Assembly: GCF_009914755.1 (NCBI RefSeq)
Contig: NC_060928.1
DNA length: 64,000 nt
Reading direction: 5' to 3' (one strand)
From: the human T2T-CHM13v2.0 reference genome, Homo sapiens
In this document: piece by piece, positions 30,300 to 43,340 of the stretch
Numbering within the stretch: position 1 is the first letter of the stretch
Layout: each line of letters opens with the position of its first letter
Notes under the pieces: generated by a model
The model's input: the letters and a program-made list of their open reading frames with translations, nothing else
Told to the model about the DNA's origin: nothing
The model's database searches: none
Made by a program: the position numbers and the translations under genes

Positions 30300-31692
30300 G
30301 TAAATTGGTACCAGTAGAGTAGTGCATGGCTGAAAAGATACCAGAAAATGTGCAAATGACTTTGGAACTGGGTAAGAGGCAGAGGTTGGAACAGTTTGGA
30401 GGGTTCAGAAGAAGACAGGAAAAGGTGGGAAAGTTTGGAAACTCCTAGCGACTTCTTGAATGGCTTGGACAAAAATGGTGATAATGATATGAACAATAAG
30501 ATCCAGACTGAGGTGGTCTCAGAAGGAGATAAGAAAATTCTTGGGAGTTGGAGCAAAGGTGACTCTTTTTATGTTTTAGCAAAGAGACTGGTGGCACTTT
30601 GCCCCTGCCCCAGAAATTTGTGGAACTCTGAACTTGAAAGATATGATTTAGGGTATCTGGTGGAAAAAATTTCTAAGCAGCAAAGCATTCAAGAGCTGAC
30701 TTGGGTGCCATAAAAAGCATTCCATTTTAAAAGGGAAACAGAGCATAAAAGTTCAAAAAAAATTTCAGCCTGACAATGCAGTAGAAAAGAAAAGCACATT
30801 TTTGAGGAGAAATTCAAAGCGGCTACAGGAATTTGTATAAGCAGCAAGGAGCCTAATGTTAATCTCCAAGACCATGGGGAAAATGTCTCCAGGCCATGCC
30901 AGAGACCTTCATGGCAGCCGCTTCCATCACAGGCCCGGAGGCCCAGGAAGAAAAAGTGGTTTGGTAGGCTGGGTCCAGGGTCACTGTGTTGTGTGCAGCC
31001 TAGGGACTTGGTGCCCTGCGTCCCAGTCACTCCAGCCATGGCTGAAAGGGGCCAAGATACAGCTTGGGCTGTGCCTTCAGAGGGTAGAAGCCCCAAGCCC
31101 TGGCAGCTTCCATGTGGCATTGAGCCTGCGTGTGCACAGAAGTCAAGAATTGATGTTTGGGAACCTCCACCTAGATTTCAGAAGATGTATGGAAATGCTG
31201 TCAGTTGACAGCTTGCACCATGCACCTGGAAAAGCCACAGATACTCAATGCCAGCCATGAAAGCAGCCAGGAGGGAGTCTGTACCCTGCAAAGCCACAGT
31301 GGCAGAGCTACCCAAGACCATGGGAACCAGCGTGACCTGGATGTGAGACCTGGTGTCAAAGGAGATAATTTTGGATGTTTGAAATTTGACTGCCCTGCGG
31401 GATTTTGGACTTGCTTGGGCCCTGTAACCCCTTGGTTTTGGCCAATTTCTCTCACTTGGAATGGCTGTATTTACCCCAATACCTGTACCCGCATTGTATC
31501 TAGGAAGTAATTAGCTTGCTTTTGATTTTACAGGCTCATAGGTGGAAGGGATTTCCCTTGTTTCAGAAGAGACTTTGGACTGTGGACTTTTGGGTTAATG
31601 CTGAAATTAGTTAAAACTTCGGGGGACTGTTGGGAAGGCATGATTGGTTTTGAAATGTGAGAACATGAGATTTGGAGGGACCAGGGGTGGAA
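30300..31692 (+). mobile_element. THE1 internal region with deletions
   Basis: Starts gtaaattggtaccagtagag and ends in a polypurine tract tttggagggaccaggggtggaa; apparent deletions near 31200 and 31330. Confidence 0.92.
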
Positions 31693-31771
31693 TGATATGG
31701 TTTAGCTGTGTCCCCACCCAAATCTCAATTTGAATTGTATCTCCCAGAATTCCACGTGCTGTGGGAGAGAC
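31693..31771 (+). mobile_element. THE1A 3' LTR, only the first ~80 bp
   Basis: tgatatggtttagctgtgtccccacccaaatctc...gtgggagagac, then unrelated sequence. Confidence 0.9.
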
Positions 31772-34586
31772 AAAGTAGAAGAAAAAATATTTGAACTGAC
31801 GAAATGTTCTTGTTTTTTTATGTCACTTTTGACTATTGTGCCCATGACTAGTAGTGGAATATCCATAAATCTATCAAAAAACACAAAATAAAATAGTAAG
31901 CTCAAACACATATTTCACACCTTGAAACTAAGAAAAAAGAAATAGCATGAAAATGTATAAAAACAAGATAAAATTGTCTAAGGATTTGAATGTTAAAGTT
32001 AATTCTTATATATACATCACAGGGGAAAATTTGACAGAAATTAAATGCAATAACAAACCCACTTCATAATCACTAAAATATTTTTTGGGGGAGAAATGTA
32101 GTGGGGTAGTAAAATAATATTAAGTTATAGATCTAATAGATATTCTATTTGTCATAAAAGATAAACAAAATTAACCTGCATAAATCATCAGTAAGAAAAA
32201 TGACAATGAATTTTACAAATGTCAATCAATAACAAATATATTTCCAAACTCATTGTAGTTATTTTTTCTTTAAATATAATTATCTAAAATCGGAAAATTG
32301 ATCACCACCAATTAGCCTATTATAATCTTGTAAACTCATTTCTATGTTAATTTGACCAGATACAATACTATAACTGAATATAAACTCAAAAGAAAATATG
32401 GATGACTTCACAGACTCAAGTCTGAAAATTTATTATAATCAAATGTGTACATTTACTAAAGTTCTAGTCTTAAACCCAATAATAATTTCTTATTGTGTTC
32501 TTCTGTTGGCCAAGAATTACATTAAATGCATGATTTAATCTTCACCAATACCATAGATGGTAGATTGTTTCTAAATGATGTCAAGTATTCATATAGAAAT
32601 CACCATTAAAAGTAAAATGTATTAAGAAACATAGGCAAGTGAGATATTACAATATTGTAGCCTTAGGCAGACATATTTGGAACAAACATGCACTAGATGG
32701 GAAGCCTCTGCCCTTTGGTTCCTGTCCCAGTTCAGGTTAACTTACTGTGAGAATGTTGATGGGCCATTTTTAAAACTGTAAGTTTGTTGCCTTCACTATA
32801 GTATATTGGCTTTTTAGAATGATTAATTAATAATTTAACATTTGTGAAATTGTTTTGAAATAAATAATACTCAATTTGTTATTATTATTATCACTAGTCC
32901 TGCTGGCATTCTCTGTATCTCTTCCCCCCATCATCCCCCTCCCCCTCTCCCTACCTGTCTCTCTTCTCTTCCTCTCCATTTGTCTCCTTTCTCCCACCTT
33001 CCCACTCTCTGGTAACATTTGTTGAATAGTCCTAATGTCTAATATCCCAAAATCCCAAAATGAGTGATGAGTCTGCCTAAGTATTAATCACCTTTTTAGA
33101 TTTTATTATATTTTATTATACATATATAAAACATCTATCATATGTCTCCTATGTATTTATAAATGGCAGGTAAACATATAAAATATGTAAGGTTTCACAT
33201 CACCGAATTAAAAAATGTTAACATAGATGTACCAAACATAAGGGATTAATAAAATTGTTTTTGATGTTGTGGGTACTAAGGGAATTCAGAGGAACTGGAA
33301 ACACTGTGTGACAGTATTCTGGCCTCGAAAATTTTATCTACATTTCTTATTGTCCAAATTATGTATTTCATCATCAACATGCAGTTTCAATTGTCTAATA
33401 CTGACAACAAAAACAAAACAGAACAAACAAAAATCTGGATATCATTTTTCAATGTATATAGATTTATTCAGGCTGCTATTTTTGTTTAAATGGTATAAAA
33501 GGCTGTATTAACATAAAACAGAAGCTTTACAAAGGTGCCCTTATTTAAAAAATACATGTGGATTAGCACATGACATTTACTAATATATTTTAAAATATAT
33601 CTGGCAGCCAGTTTTTTAGCCTAAATTCTACAAGTTCCTTCTTAAAAAAAAAAGAAAGAAGAAAAGAAAAAAGTCAGGTAAAATAACTAATTTAAATATG
33701 TAATACAAAAGTCTGTTCAGATTATGCCTCAAAAATGGAAACAATGTCAGATTTCATGCTAACAGTGCACAGATCGCTGTGACAACCATATTTCTCAAGT
33801 TGTTATTGCTTGTGATGCACATTTAAGTGCACAGAACATTTACCTTTATGGCAGTTTTATTCTCAGCACAGTAAATAGCAGAAGGGTTTCTGTTCAATTG
33901 ACTCTCATAAAAGGTTTAAATCCCTTTTCATTTTGGCATAGTTTATATCTTAAGTTTCTTACTCCAGTTTACATCTATACTCTGAGTAGTATAGATGTTT
34001 TGTATGAGGGAATGACCTGATGCCAGGGTGAAAGGAAATTGTACTTGCTTTAAGGGATGTTGTGAATTGCTGCAGTTAGAAAGCCCTTTGTGAGAGAAAT
34101 GACTTTAAGGCAGAACTGTCTCATCACAAAAATGAACAGCTAGGCATTTTATAAAAATAGAATGTTTTATGTTACGTTGAGCATCATCACAAAGTATCTG
34201 ACGCCAATAAACAAATACTACAATATTCTATATCTGATTATAGCCTGTTATTTCATAATCAAATAAATGTGAATAGGAATAAATTAGACAAATATTATAT
34301 TCATAGGTATATTGTTTATTTTATCTATAGTTCTACAAATCATAAATCACTAAAAAAATTATTGGTAAATTTATGTGTATATTTAAAAGTCAATAATAAT
34401 AAAAAATGCTAAGATTAACACAGAGGTATTTCAATATGTAACACAAGTAATAGAAAGAGGATATACAGATATAGGTATATAAAAAATATTTTATATAGAA
34501 ATGTAGATGATTTAACATGGATTTTAACTTTAAAACAATGCATCAATACACCTGATTCTACAAATACAAATTATTTTAATAAGTTT

Positions 34587-34891
34587 TTCTCTTTTTCTTT
34601 TGAGACAGAGTCTTGCTCTGCCACCCAGGCTAGAGTGCAGTGATGCAATCTCCGTTCACTGCAACTGCAACCTCTGCCTCCTAGGTTCAACCAATTATCT
34701 GCCTCAGCCTCCTGAGTAGCTGGGATTACAGGCGTCTGCCACCACACCTGACTAATTTTTTTGTATTTTTTTTAGTAGAGACGGGGTTTCACCAAGTTGG
34801 CCGGGCTGGTCTTGAACTCCTGGCCTCGGGATCCACCCGCCTCGGCCTCCCAAAGTCCTGGGATTGCAGGCATGAGCCACCGCGCCCAACC
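34587..34891 (-). mobile_element. AluS, full length
   Basis: gagacagagtcttgctctg...; internal ctgcaa duplication; TSD tttaataagttt on both sides. Confidence 0.93.
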
Positions 34892-35029
34892 TTTAATAAG
34901 TTTAAACATAAATGCCAAATATAAATCTGATATAAACAAACAGGACTTACCTTGAAGTGCAAATCAGTAAGGAATAATGCAAATCTTGCTTTCTTTAAAA
35001 GCTTTTACGTATTTTCCAATATTTTTCCA

Positions 35030-35300
35030 GGACTTTTTAATTAAAATTTTCTTTGTGAGATGCATTTGTCAGAAATAATACAGACATATCCCATATATCT
35101 TTACCTAGTTTCTCTTAAAGATAATATTTTGTATTATTATAGCACAATATCCTAACCAGGATATTGACTTTAATACTATCCCTGGGTCTTACTAAGATTT
35201 CCTGTTTTATTTCCACTGTTTGCGTATATATTTAGTTCTACTTAATTTTGCCACATATGTAAGTCTCTGTATTCATCAAGATAGTCAAGAAGATACAGAA
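35030..35300 (-). mobile_element. L1MC-type 3' end fragment
   Basis: agaaataatacaga...cccatatatctttacctagtttc...caatatcctaaccaggatattgac. Confidence 0.6.
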
Positions 35301-35360
35301 TAGTAAAGATCTGCTAATAATTTTTAAAATAAATTTTAAAGTACCAATAATCTTTTAAAG

Positions 35361-35541
35361 CAGGGGTTAACAAACTTTTTCTGAAAAGATCCACATAAGA
35401 AGATGTTTAGCATTTAGAGGCCATAAAATCTCCATTGCAAGTACTCAACTCTCCTTTCCCAATGGGTGTAGCTGTGTTTCAGTAAAACATTACGGAAAAA
35501 TAGATTGTGACCTGGATTTGGCCAATAGTTTTTTAACTCCC
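35361..35541 (+). mobile_element. MER58A (hAT-Charlie non-autonomous)
   Basis: caggggttaacaaactttttctg...actcaactct...aatgggtgtagctgtgtttcagtaaaac...ggatttggcc. Confidence 0.75.
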
Positions 35542-36200
35542 ATTCTAAGGTTTTCATAATCACCTTTTAAAAATCTAAAAGTAGCAAATATATTTTCCAT
35601 TTTTTTATTTAACTTTTCATTTTTTCTTTAAAAAATCCCTAAATGAATATAAGGTTTTGCAGTTCTTTAACCTAATATTTCGATTTGCTTCTTCCATTGG
35701 GCCACTATAGCAAGTAATACAACTTGCTGAAACTCCACAAAAAATATAATTCACAATTATAAAATTAATTTTAGCTATCACAATAATATCAGGCCTCAGC
35801 TTTACAGAATCTTCTTTTACAATCAAAACTTGGCCCAATGCACACTAATAAGACAGGCAATTTATTGTTTTGGTTTATATTATTTACTCCTTTCTGATGA
35901 AATAAAGTAATTTTATGAGTTAGTTGTATTTTAGGCAAAACACCAAGTTAAGTACATAAGCAAACAAAAGACCCATAATTTCTGAGACCTGGAAAATACG
36001 CTAAACTTTGGTAAATAACCCAGACAGTATAAATGAAATTTTAACACTACACATGATGAGAAAGTATTTTTAAGTAACAATAGATCTCATAAATATGTTT
36101 GGTATAAGCTCGAAGAACAAAAGTTCTTCAAACCATTATTTTATACATTTACTTTATAATAAAATCAATCTATTGTTCATGCATCCTATCCTGACATTGA

Positions 36201-36579
<379 letters not shown>

Positions 36580-38036
36580 CCACATGATATTAAATATTAT
36601 GTGTTTCCATATGGATGTCAGGTGAACAAACCCTCAATTTGAGAATATGATGCTAAGTTAAAATATTTTGATAGTTACATATTATATATTATGTACATAA
36701 TTTCATAGTGTCAAGTATCAGTGCAATAGTATAATTTCCACCATACCATCTTGTGTCAAAATGACAGAAAAAAATTCCCTAATATTTTACAAATATTATT
36801 TGTAAAATAGATTTGATAGAAAAGGGAACTAAACTGAACTTGAAATCTAAGTATCTGTTATCCTTTTGGTAAAAGAACTGTCATAAAATTCTCTGCACAT
36901 GTATGTAAGAGGCACACAGTACACTATGGTAAGTAAATTATCCCAGTTTTACTTCAAATGTGTTAAAGGATTTCTAGCAGCAACAATAACAGAGCATTGC
37001 ATCTTGCATCATCTGAAAAGCTCTACATGTCATTTTTAAATCACATTGGAAATAATATTGTGTTAGAGAAAGTTTGAAAAAGGATAATTTTTAATTATTC
37101 AATTTACCTTAATAGGTAGATGAGTGGAGTGTAATAAAATTATTTTTCAGCCATAAATTTAAGCTAGGAGTAAAAATATTAAACAGGTTTTTAAGTGTAA
37201 ATACGTTTCAGAAATATTCTGAGAAACTGGGACTTGGCACTGACCAAAGATTAGAAGTCAGATTAATTATTGATGGAAGTTCTACACATTTAACTCTAGA
37301 ATTTCAGACTGAGTCATGACTATAAACGAGAAAATATTTCCAACAGCATGAACAAGTAAACAACAAATAAATGTATAAAAACTGAATGATGTTAAAACTG
37401 TTCAATGATTTATTTATGTGGCATGTAAAAATAATGTATGGAATTACAAATTCAGTACTTTTCTATAAACCAATGATTTTCAAATGCATGAAAGTGAATA
37501 CCAGTACTTTAAAAAAAATTTAACTATGGTTATCTCTGATTCACTAATGAGATTTAGCATGAGTTCTTCTAGTTATTTCAGTGGGCAACTACTGGTTCCT
37601 TATAATTTGAATTATGTGGTGCAAACTGAAACCATCGTTTTTAATCAGGAAGGAATGAAATGTTATCACAGCATGGCTTGGCACTCACTAGTCCCTCAAT
37701 TCCACTCCAGGTGCTTTTTACTGGGTGAATTTGGCCTGTAGACTGAATTGGCCACCCTGTGTCCCTAAGAAAATCCATGATTGGGAAGCCATATGGTGCA
37801 ATGCTGAAAGCTATATTAAATTTTGAGTCATATTTTGGCCAGCTTTATTCTCATAACTGAATATCAGAATTGTTTCCATGTAAATTTCCACACACTGCTA
37901 CTTAGTGGAGTACTTAGGCTATTTTGTGTTTCTTTTCCTTTTTAGACCCTTGCTGATATAAAATTGCTAGAGTTTAAAGGCACTAGTTGAGAAAGAAAAG
38001 AAATAGAGTGGGGTGACACTTAAGGTTCACCCTTCA

Positions 38037-38360
<324 letters not shown>

Positions 38361-38534
38361 TCAAGTGGAAAACAAGTGTTCTAAGAAAAGTATAGTATAG
38401 TGTATTCAGGGCTCAATTTTCAGTGGTGGACATGCTTATATAAATAACTGCACATGAACTTTCTCAAAATGCTTTCAGTATTCTTCCCTTCTTCCTCTCC
38501 TCTACTTGAGCTCTCTTCTCCCTCCCCAGAGAAG

Positions 38535-38770
38535 TGTAGTGCTTAATGACAAGCTCTGTAAAGCTAAATAAACTGCCTGAGACCAAATCCTGGCTTGACC
38601 ACTTACTAGCTTTATGTTTTGGATAAATTCCTTCCTTGTGCCAAGTTGTCCCATCTGTAACATGGGAATAATAGTATGGACCATCTCTACAGTTGTTCGA
38701 ACTATTACATGTGATAATCCACAGAAAGCACATCCTTGGCACATGATAGATGTTCCATAAATGTTAGCTT
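38535..38770 (+). mobile_element. MIR
   Basis: aaatcctggc...ccacttactagct...ccatctgtaacatgggaataatagta. Confidence 0.7.
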
Positions 38771-39329
38771 TTACAGTAACAGAATTGTAGATAGGAGAAA
38801 GTAATGTATGCATACAAGGCAGAAAATGTTAAGAAGACAGGAGTGGAAAATAACTGTCTCTTGAAAACTTTGATACATGATCCTTTCTTGTTTTGACCTT
38901 TGCCACCTGACAATCACTGATGCATATCATGACTAAATCAACAAATCATGAAGAATTATATTTTCTTGTTACTTATTTAGTCTAATAAACTCAATTTGCA
39001 TCAGAAAAGTTTAAGTGAATCCACCAGTCTTGTACTAAGGCTGAAATTAGCAACTTCAATTCCTTATGCTTTTCTAGGCAGATTTAGCTTTGAGAATTTT
39101 AGAAAATGAAAAATGGCAGTAAATTGAATATACATATGCACATAGATACACATAGATATGTATACACATGTATACACACATACATTTGTATATATATTTA
39201 GCATCAATGACACTTATGTATTGCAAAAAAGAAATATTTGAAAGGTTACAAGCATAAGTTACAGTAATTTTTTGAGTAGTTAGTATGTATTAATATTCTC
39301 AGCTGTTTGTTTAAACCATCTCTACATAA

Positions 39330-39550
39330 CAGCATCATAATAATTAAGAACATGGATTCTGATCCAGAGTTTAAATCCCTAGTTGCAAGCTTTAGGGCCC
39401 TAGGTGACTACCTAACACATCTGTAACTCACGTGTAACTCAGTTTCCTCATCTGTAAAATAGGGATAACAATAGTGTATCCTCATAGTTTTATCAAGATT
39501 AAAGGGTTGCAATTGGCACATATAAAACTCCTTGTGTTACTTACTATTAA
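39330..39550 (+). mobile_element. MIR
   Basis: Core ctcagtttcctcatctgtaaaatagggata. Confidence 0.75.
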
Positions 39551-39964
39551 CAGCTCTTCAAAAATTGGTTTTCAAAAGGACATAAATATGTGAATGGAAA
39601 TGTATTTAAGTAATCAATTTTGTTCTTTTGTAAAGGAAGCTCATACATTAATTTTATTTTCATATTTATGCATGAATTCTCAAATGGAATTTAAATTAGC
39701 AAAATTAAAATTACACAAAAAGATCAACAGTACCAATGGCATATTTTTTAAAAACTAATTTATATTTCTGATAGCAGTGAAAATTAGAACAAATCTACTT
39801 GTAAAAAATTTCAAACTATTTGACTCTTTGATAAAATATTATAATTATTGATGAAGGATTCCATGAAATTTAAAACAAATAGGTGGAAAAATAATTTATT
39901 GAAAAGATATTTCCGATGTATCTCCAATGTTATTTTAAATATTGATAACTCACTGAAATATTTT

Positions 39965-40070
39965 AATACCTGAGTGATGAAATAATCTGTATAATAAACT
40001 CTCATGACACACATTTACTTATGTAACCAACCTGTATATGTACCCCTGAAATTAAAATTTAAAAAACTTA
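39965..40070 (+). mobile_element. Short L1PA/PB-type 3' end
   Basis: acctgagtgatgaaataatctgta...tatgtaaccaacctgtatatgtacccctgaa...aaaaa. Confidence 0.75.
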
Positions 40071-40102
40071 GCAAAAAATCAATTTTGGAAAATTTATGTA
40101 AT

Positions 40103-40290
40103 TCAGTAGTTCTTGAATTTTGGCATGCTTACAATCACCCAGAGAAGTTGTTAATATACAAATTTTTTCTCCACCTCACCCCAGAGTTTCTGATTCAGTG
40201 GATCTCAAGTCTAATCCAAGACTTATATTTCTAACAAGTTCCCAGGTGATGGTGATATTTCTGCTTCCAGGATCAAACTTTAGGGCACCG
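40103..40290. mobile_element. MER5A (hAT-Charlie)
   Basis: cagtagttctt...aatcaccc...ccccagagtttctgattcagt...atttctaacaagttcccaggtgat. Confidence 0.8.
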
Positions 40291-40539
40291 ACTTACTGAA
40301 ATCCTAACTTATAATTAAAATATATATACTAAGAGAAAGACTAGGTGAATAATTTTAAAATGCTCTTAAGTGGAAAAAGATGAGAAGTTAATGCTATCAT
40401 CAAAACCTTATAAAATCATGCAATTATTTGGAAGATACTAGGAAAAGAAATTTAAAAATGAATATAGTTGATTAGCAAGGTTGATATGGTACTGGGCAAG
40501 TTTTGCTATTTTTACATGATTGCTTTTTAATGTTCATTA

Positions 40540-40953
40540 TGCTAAATTAAATAAGCAGGAGTCCATTAGTTTGAAAGTGTCTCTGTATTTTGAGTTCCTA
40601 AGTGAGAAACTGTACCCTAACTTATTAGTAAGTAAACAAGCCAAAACTGATTTTAAGAATGTATTGTTATAACAAATAACCAGGTTTCAGCCAATCACAG
40701 GAAATCAATTTATCAGATCAGTTTCAAAAAGGCAAATGCTTCTTCCAACCATGCCCAAATAACATAGATGCCTCGTGGTAGCCAAGCAGGTCATTTATTT
40801 ACTTTGCTTCTATGTTTGGCCTATAATAGCTCATTGCTAGATGCAGCTTTCTGAATCTCTTTTGGTCCTGAGGGCTGCCAGATTCCTGAATTGTTCTTTG
40901 TGCAAATAAACTCTGTTAAATTTAATTTATCTAAACTTTAAAAAAAAATTAAT
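40540..40953 (+). mobile_element. Solo ERV LTR (LTR47B-like)
   Basis: tgctaaattaaataagcaggagtccatt...tttcagccaatcacagg (CCAAT)...cctataatagc (TATA-like)...caaataaactctgttaaattt (poly(A) signal). Confidence 0.7.
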
Positions 40954-43013
40954 GTACTGAAAGAAAATCCAAAATTATATCAATTATTACTATAAAATAA
41001 AGTAGAAAAATACTTTGATGTAAAGTATAAAAATACTGATTTCAAAACAGAAAAATATTTCCCCATCCTTATGCCAGTTTTTAATTAAGCAAATTGTTAA
41101 TTCAATGTTTATAGAGTCTATATGGGGCTGCCATTATAATAGATAAATTTGACTCACATATTTATATTTTGTATAATTTTATGTCATATTTTTTCTATCA
41201 AATAATGAGTTAAGATTTTTCAAGAGAGTGTTTTGTTTATTTTAGTATTGAAGAATGGGCTAATGTTTTAAGAGTCTGATCATTTTACATTTTAGTCACA
41301 AATTGAGGTAGCTTTATGAATCAGTGAAATTTTCCAATTTTTAGGGGAATGCTCTCCTATAACATGTCATATCTAGTATATATAGGTTGGTCACAATATT
41401 TCCCATATTTTCTCTTAAATCCTTTCTCTTAAAGCCTCTACACTAGTTCAGAGATTTATATTAGGATATTTTCCATTTTGTAGAAGTTAATGAACTATTT
41501 TACACTAGCTAGAAGCTGTGTGTTGCATGTAGCTGCTACAATTAAACGAAATTTAATTAATTCATATGCAATCCAAAGAAAGCTCATATTATGTAAATGA
41601 ATAGCTAGAACATACCCTTTCTGACAGTAATTATCCATGACTAATGCCGAACTTAAGTTTCAGCTGAGATTAAATCAAATTAATCTGATCAACGTGTCAA
41701 AGATTTCTTCTAAGTACATTCAGTCAGATAACACACTAAATGAATTTTAATCAAGAACTTATATCCTGGTAGCTTATAGTTTTATCAAATAGCATTTACT
41801 CCTAAAAAAGGATTATATATTTAACAAATTCATATTTTATAATTTTTATTCCTTCAGAATATTAGAAAAATTCCACAAATTTAAAAAGAGATAAAAATAT
41901 TAAAAGATTAAACATACCAAGCAATAAAGCAAAATCATTCCCTATTATTCTAAGATGGCATTTTCAGATTCTCAATAATGAATAAAATTATCTTAAAATA
42001 TATATTTATATTTATATTCTTGTCTATATGTATATCTAATATATCAGCTGATACTAATAGAGTGTATCTAAATTGAAATAAACTTTAATTTTAATAATAT
42101 ACAATTATTTTTATGAGCAAGGTGGTATATTGGTTGGTATATGATACATAAAAAGAATAATCATTGACACTTGACTCTTCAAGTGGCTTACAAAGAGCAT
42201 AAGATAGGACTTGAACATGCTTAAGTAGAGAGACTAAGATTTAGGGGGACATTTAAGGGCACAAAGGAGATTGAGATCATGTAAGACCTCACAAACAATG
42301 TACCATGTAATACAAATAACTGAGGCTGTGTTTAAAGAATGAGTTAAGAGTCTAATGGCTAATAAAATGATATACAGGGCATGGAATAGAGACAGAAGCA
42401 GGATTTAAAACAATAATAAAGAGGGAGGGAAGAACCAGATTTTGAAGTTAGCTGCCTTTAACTATTATTATGGAATATTAACATATTGTTGTATTTAAAG
42501 CGTCAAGTTATTTGAGGTGTTCATTATCTCATAAAAATGTTTTATGTTAAAGTACAAAATGTAAGTATTATGTTCACAATTATTGGTTAAAAAGAACAAC
42601 AGATTTTGGTCATAGAACAGAATTTGAGTCTTTGCTTTTCTGTTCCACTCTGGTGTGACCTCAACCAGGCTGCAATCCCTTTGGGCCTTATTGGGTTCTA
42701 GTTGTAAAATAAGAGGTAACCAGCAATTTATCTTTGGATTTGCTCTCATCCAAAAAATCCTTTAATGTAATAATGCTCAGCAAAACGCAGTTCTAATGAA
42801 AGCTAATGTATGGTGAGTATATTTAGTAAGTTTTCTCTATAATATCTATTATTTATAGTTCACCTGCCTTGAACAATCATATACTTCTTAATTTAAATCA
42901 TATTTACATACTCTAGAAATAGCCTCGGCTATACAAAATGCAAAAGAATTTTGACTTTGACTTTCTAAATTACTCTTCTAAGATTTTGATTTACTTTTTG
43001 TTTCATGCTAATA

Positions 43014-43053
43014 TGGTGCAAAAGTAATTGTGGTTTTTGCCATTACTTTCAAT
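43014..43053. mobile_element. Half MADE1 (Hsmar1-derived MITE)
   Basis: tggtgcaaaagtaattgtggtttttgccattactttcaat is one terminal inverted repeat plus the spacer. Confidence 0.85.
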
Positions 43054-43074
43054 AGGTTTTTACAATTTGGGTTT

Positions 43075-43340
43075 TAAAATCAGAATCCTCTATTTGTATT
43101 TTGACTACATGTATGATTTTTAGGCAAGTTACTTAAAATCACTGAGCTTCAGTTTTCTCATTTAACTAGAACATAGTAGGAACTCAGTAACTGTTACTTC
43201 CATGAATATATAAAATGAAGATAATAATAATTACAGTAATAATGATATCATGTGGTTGTTAAGAATATTAAGTAGAATAATGCACTGAAAATTCCTGGCA
43301 TAGAGTATCTGCTTAACAAATGTATTCATTACTGTTATTA
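43075..43340 (+). mobile_element. MIR
   Basis: ggcaagttacttaa...tgagcttcagttttctcat...aaaatgaagataataat...cctggcatagag. Confidence 0.65.

Noticed and set aside
29754-31911. Cluster of overlapping ORFs up to 143 aa that could look like an operon
   Set aside because: All lie in the GC-richer THE1A element; fragmented MaLR sequence.
38011-38032. gggtga...tcaccc inverted repeat near the exon donor
   Set aside because: Only a 6-bp stem; chance level.
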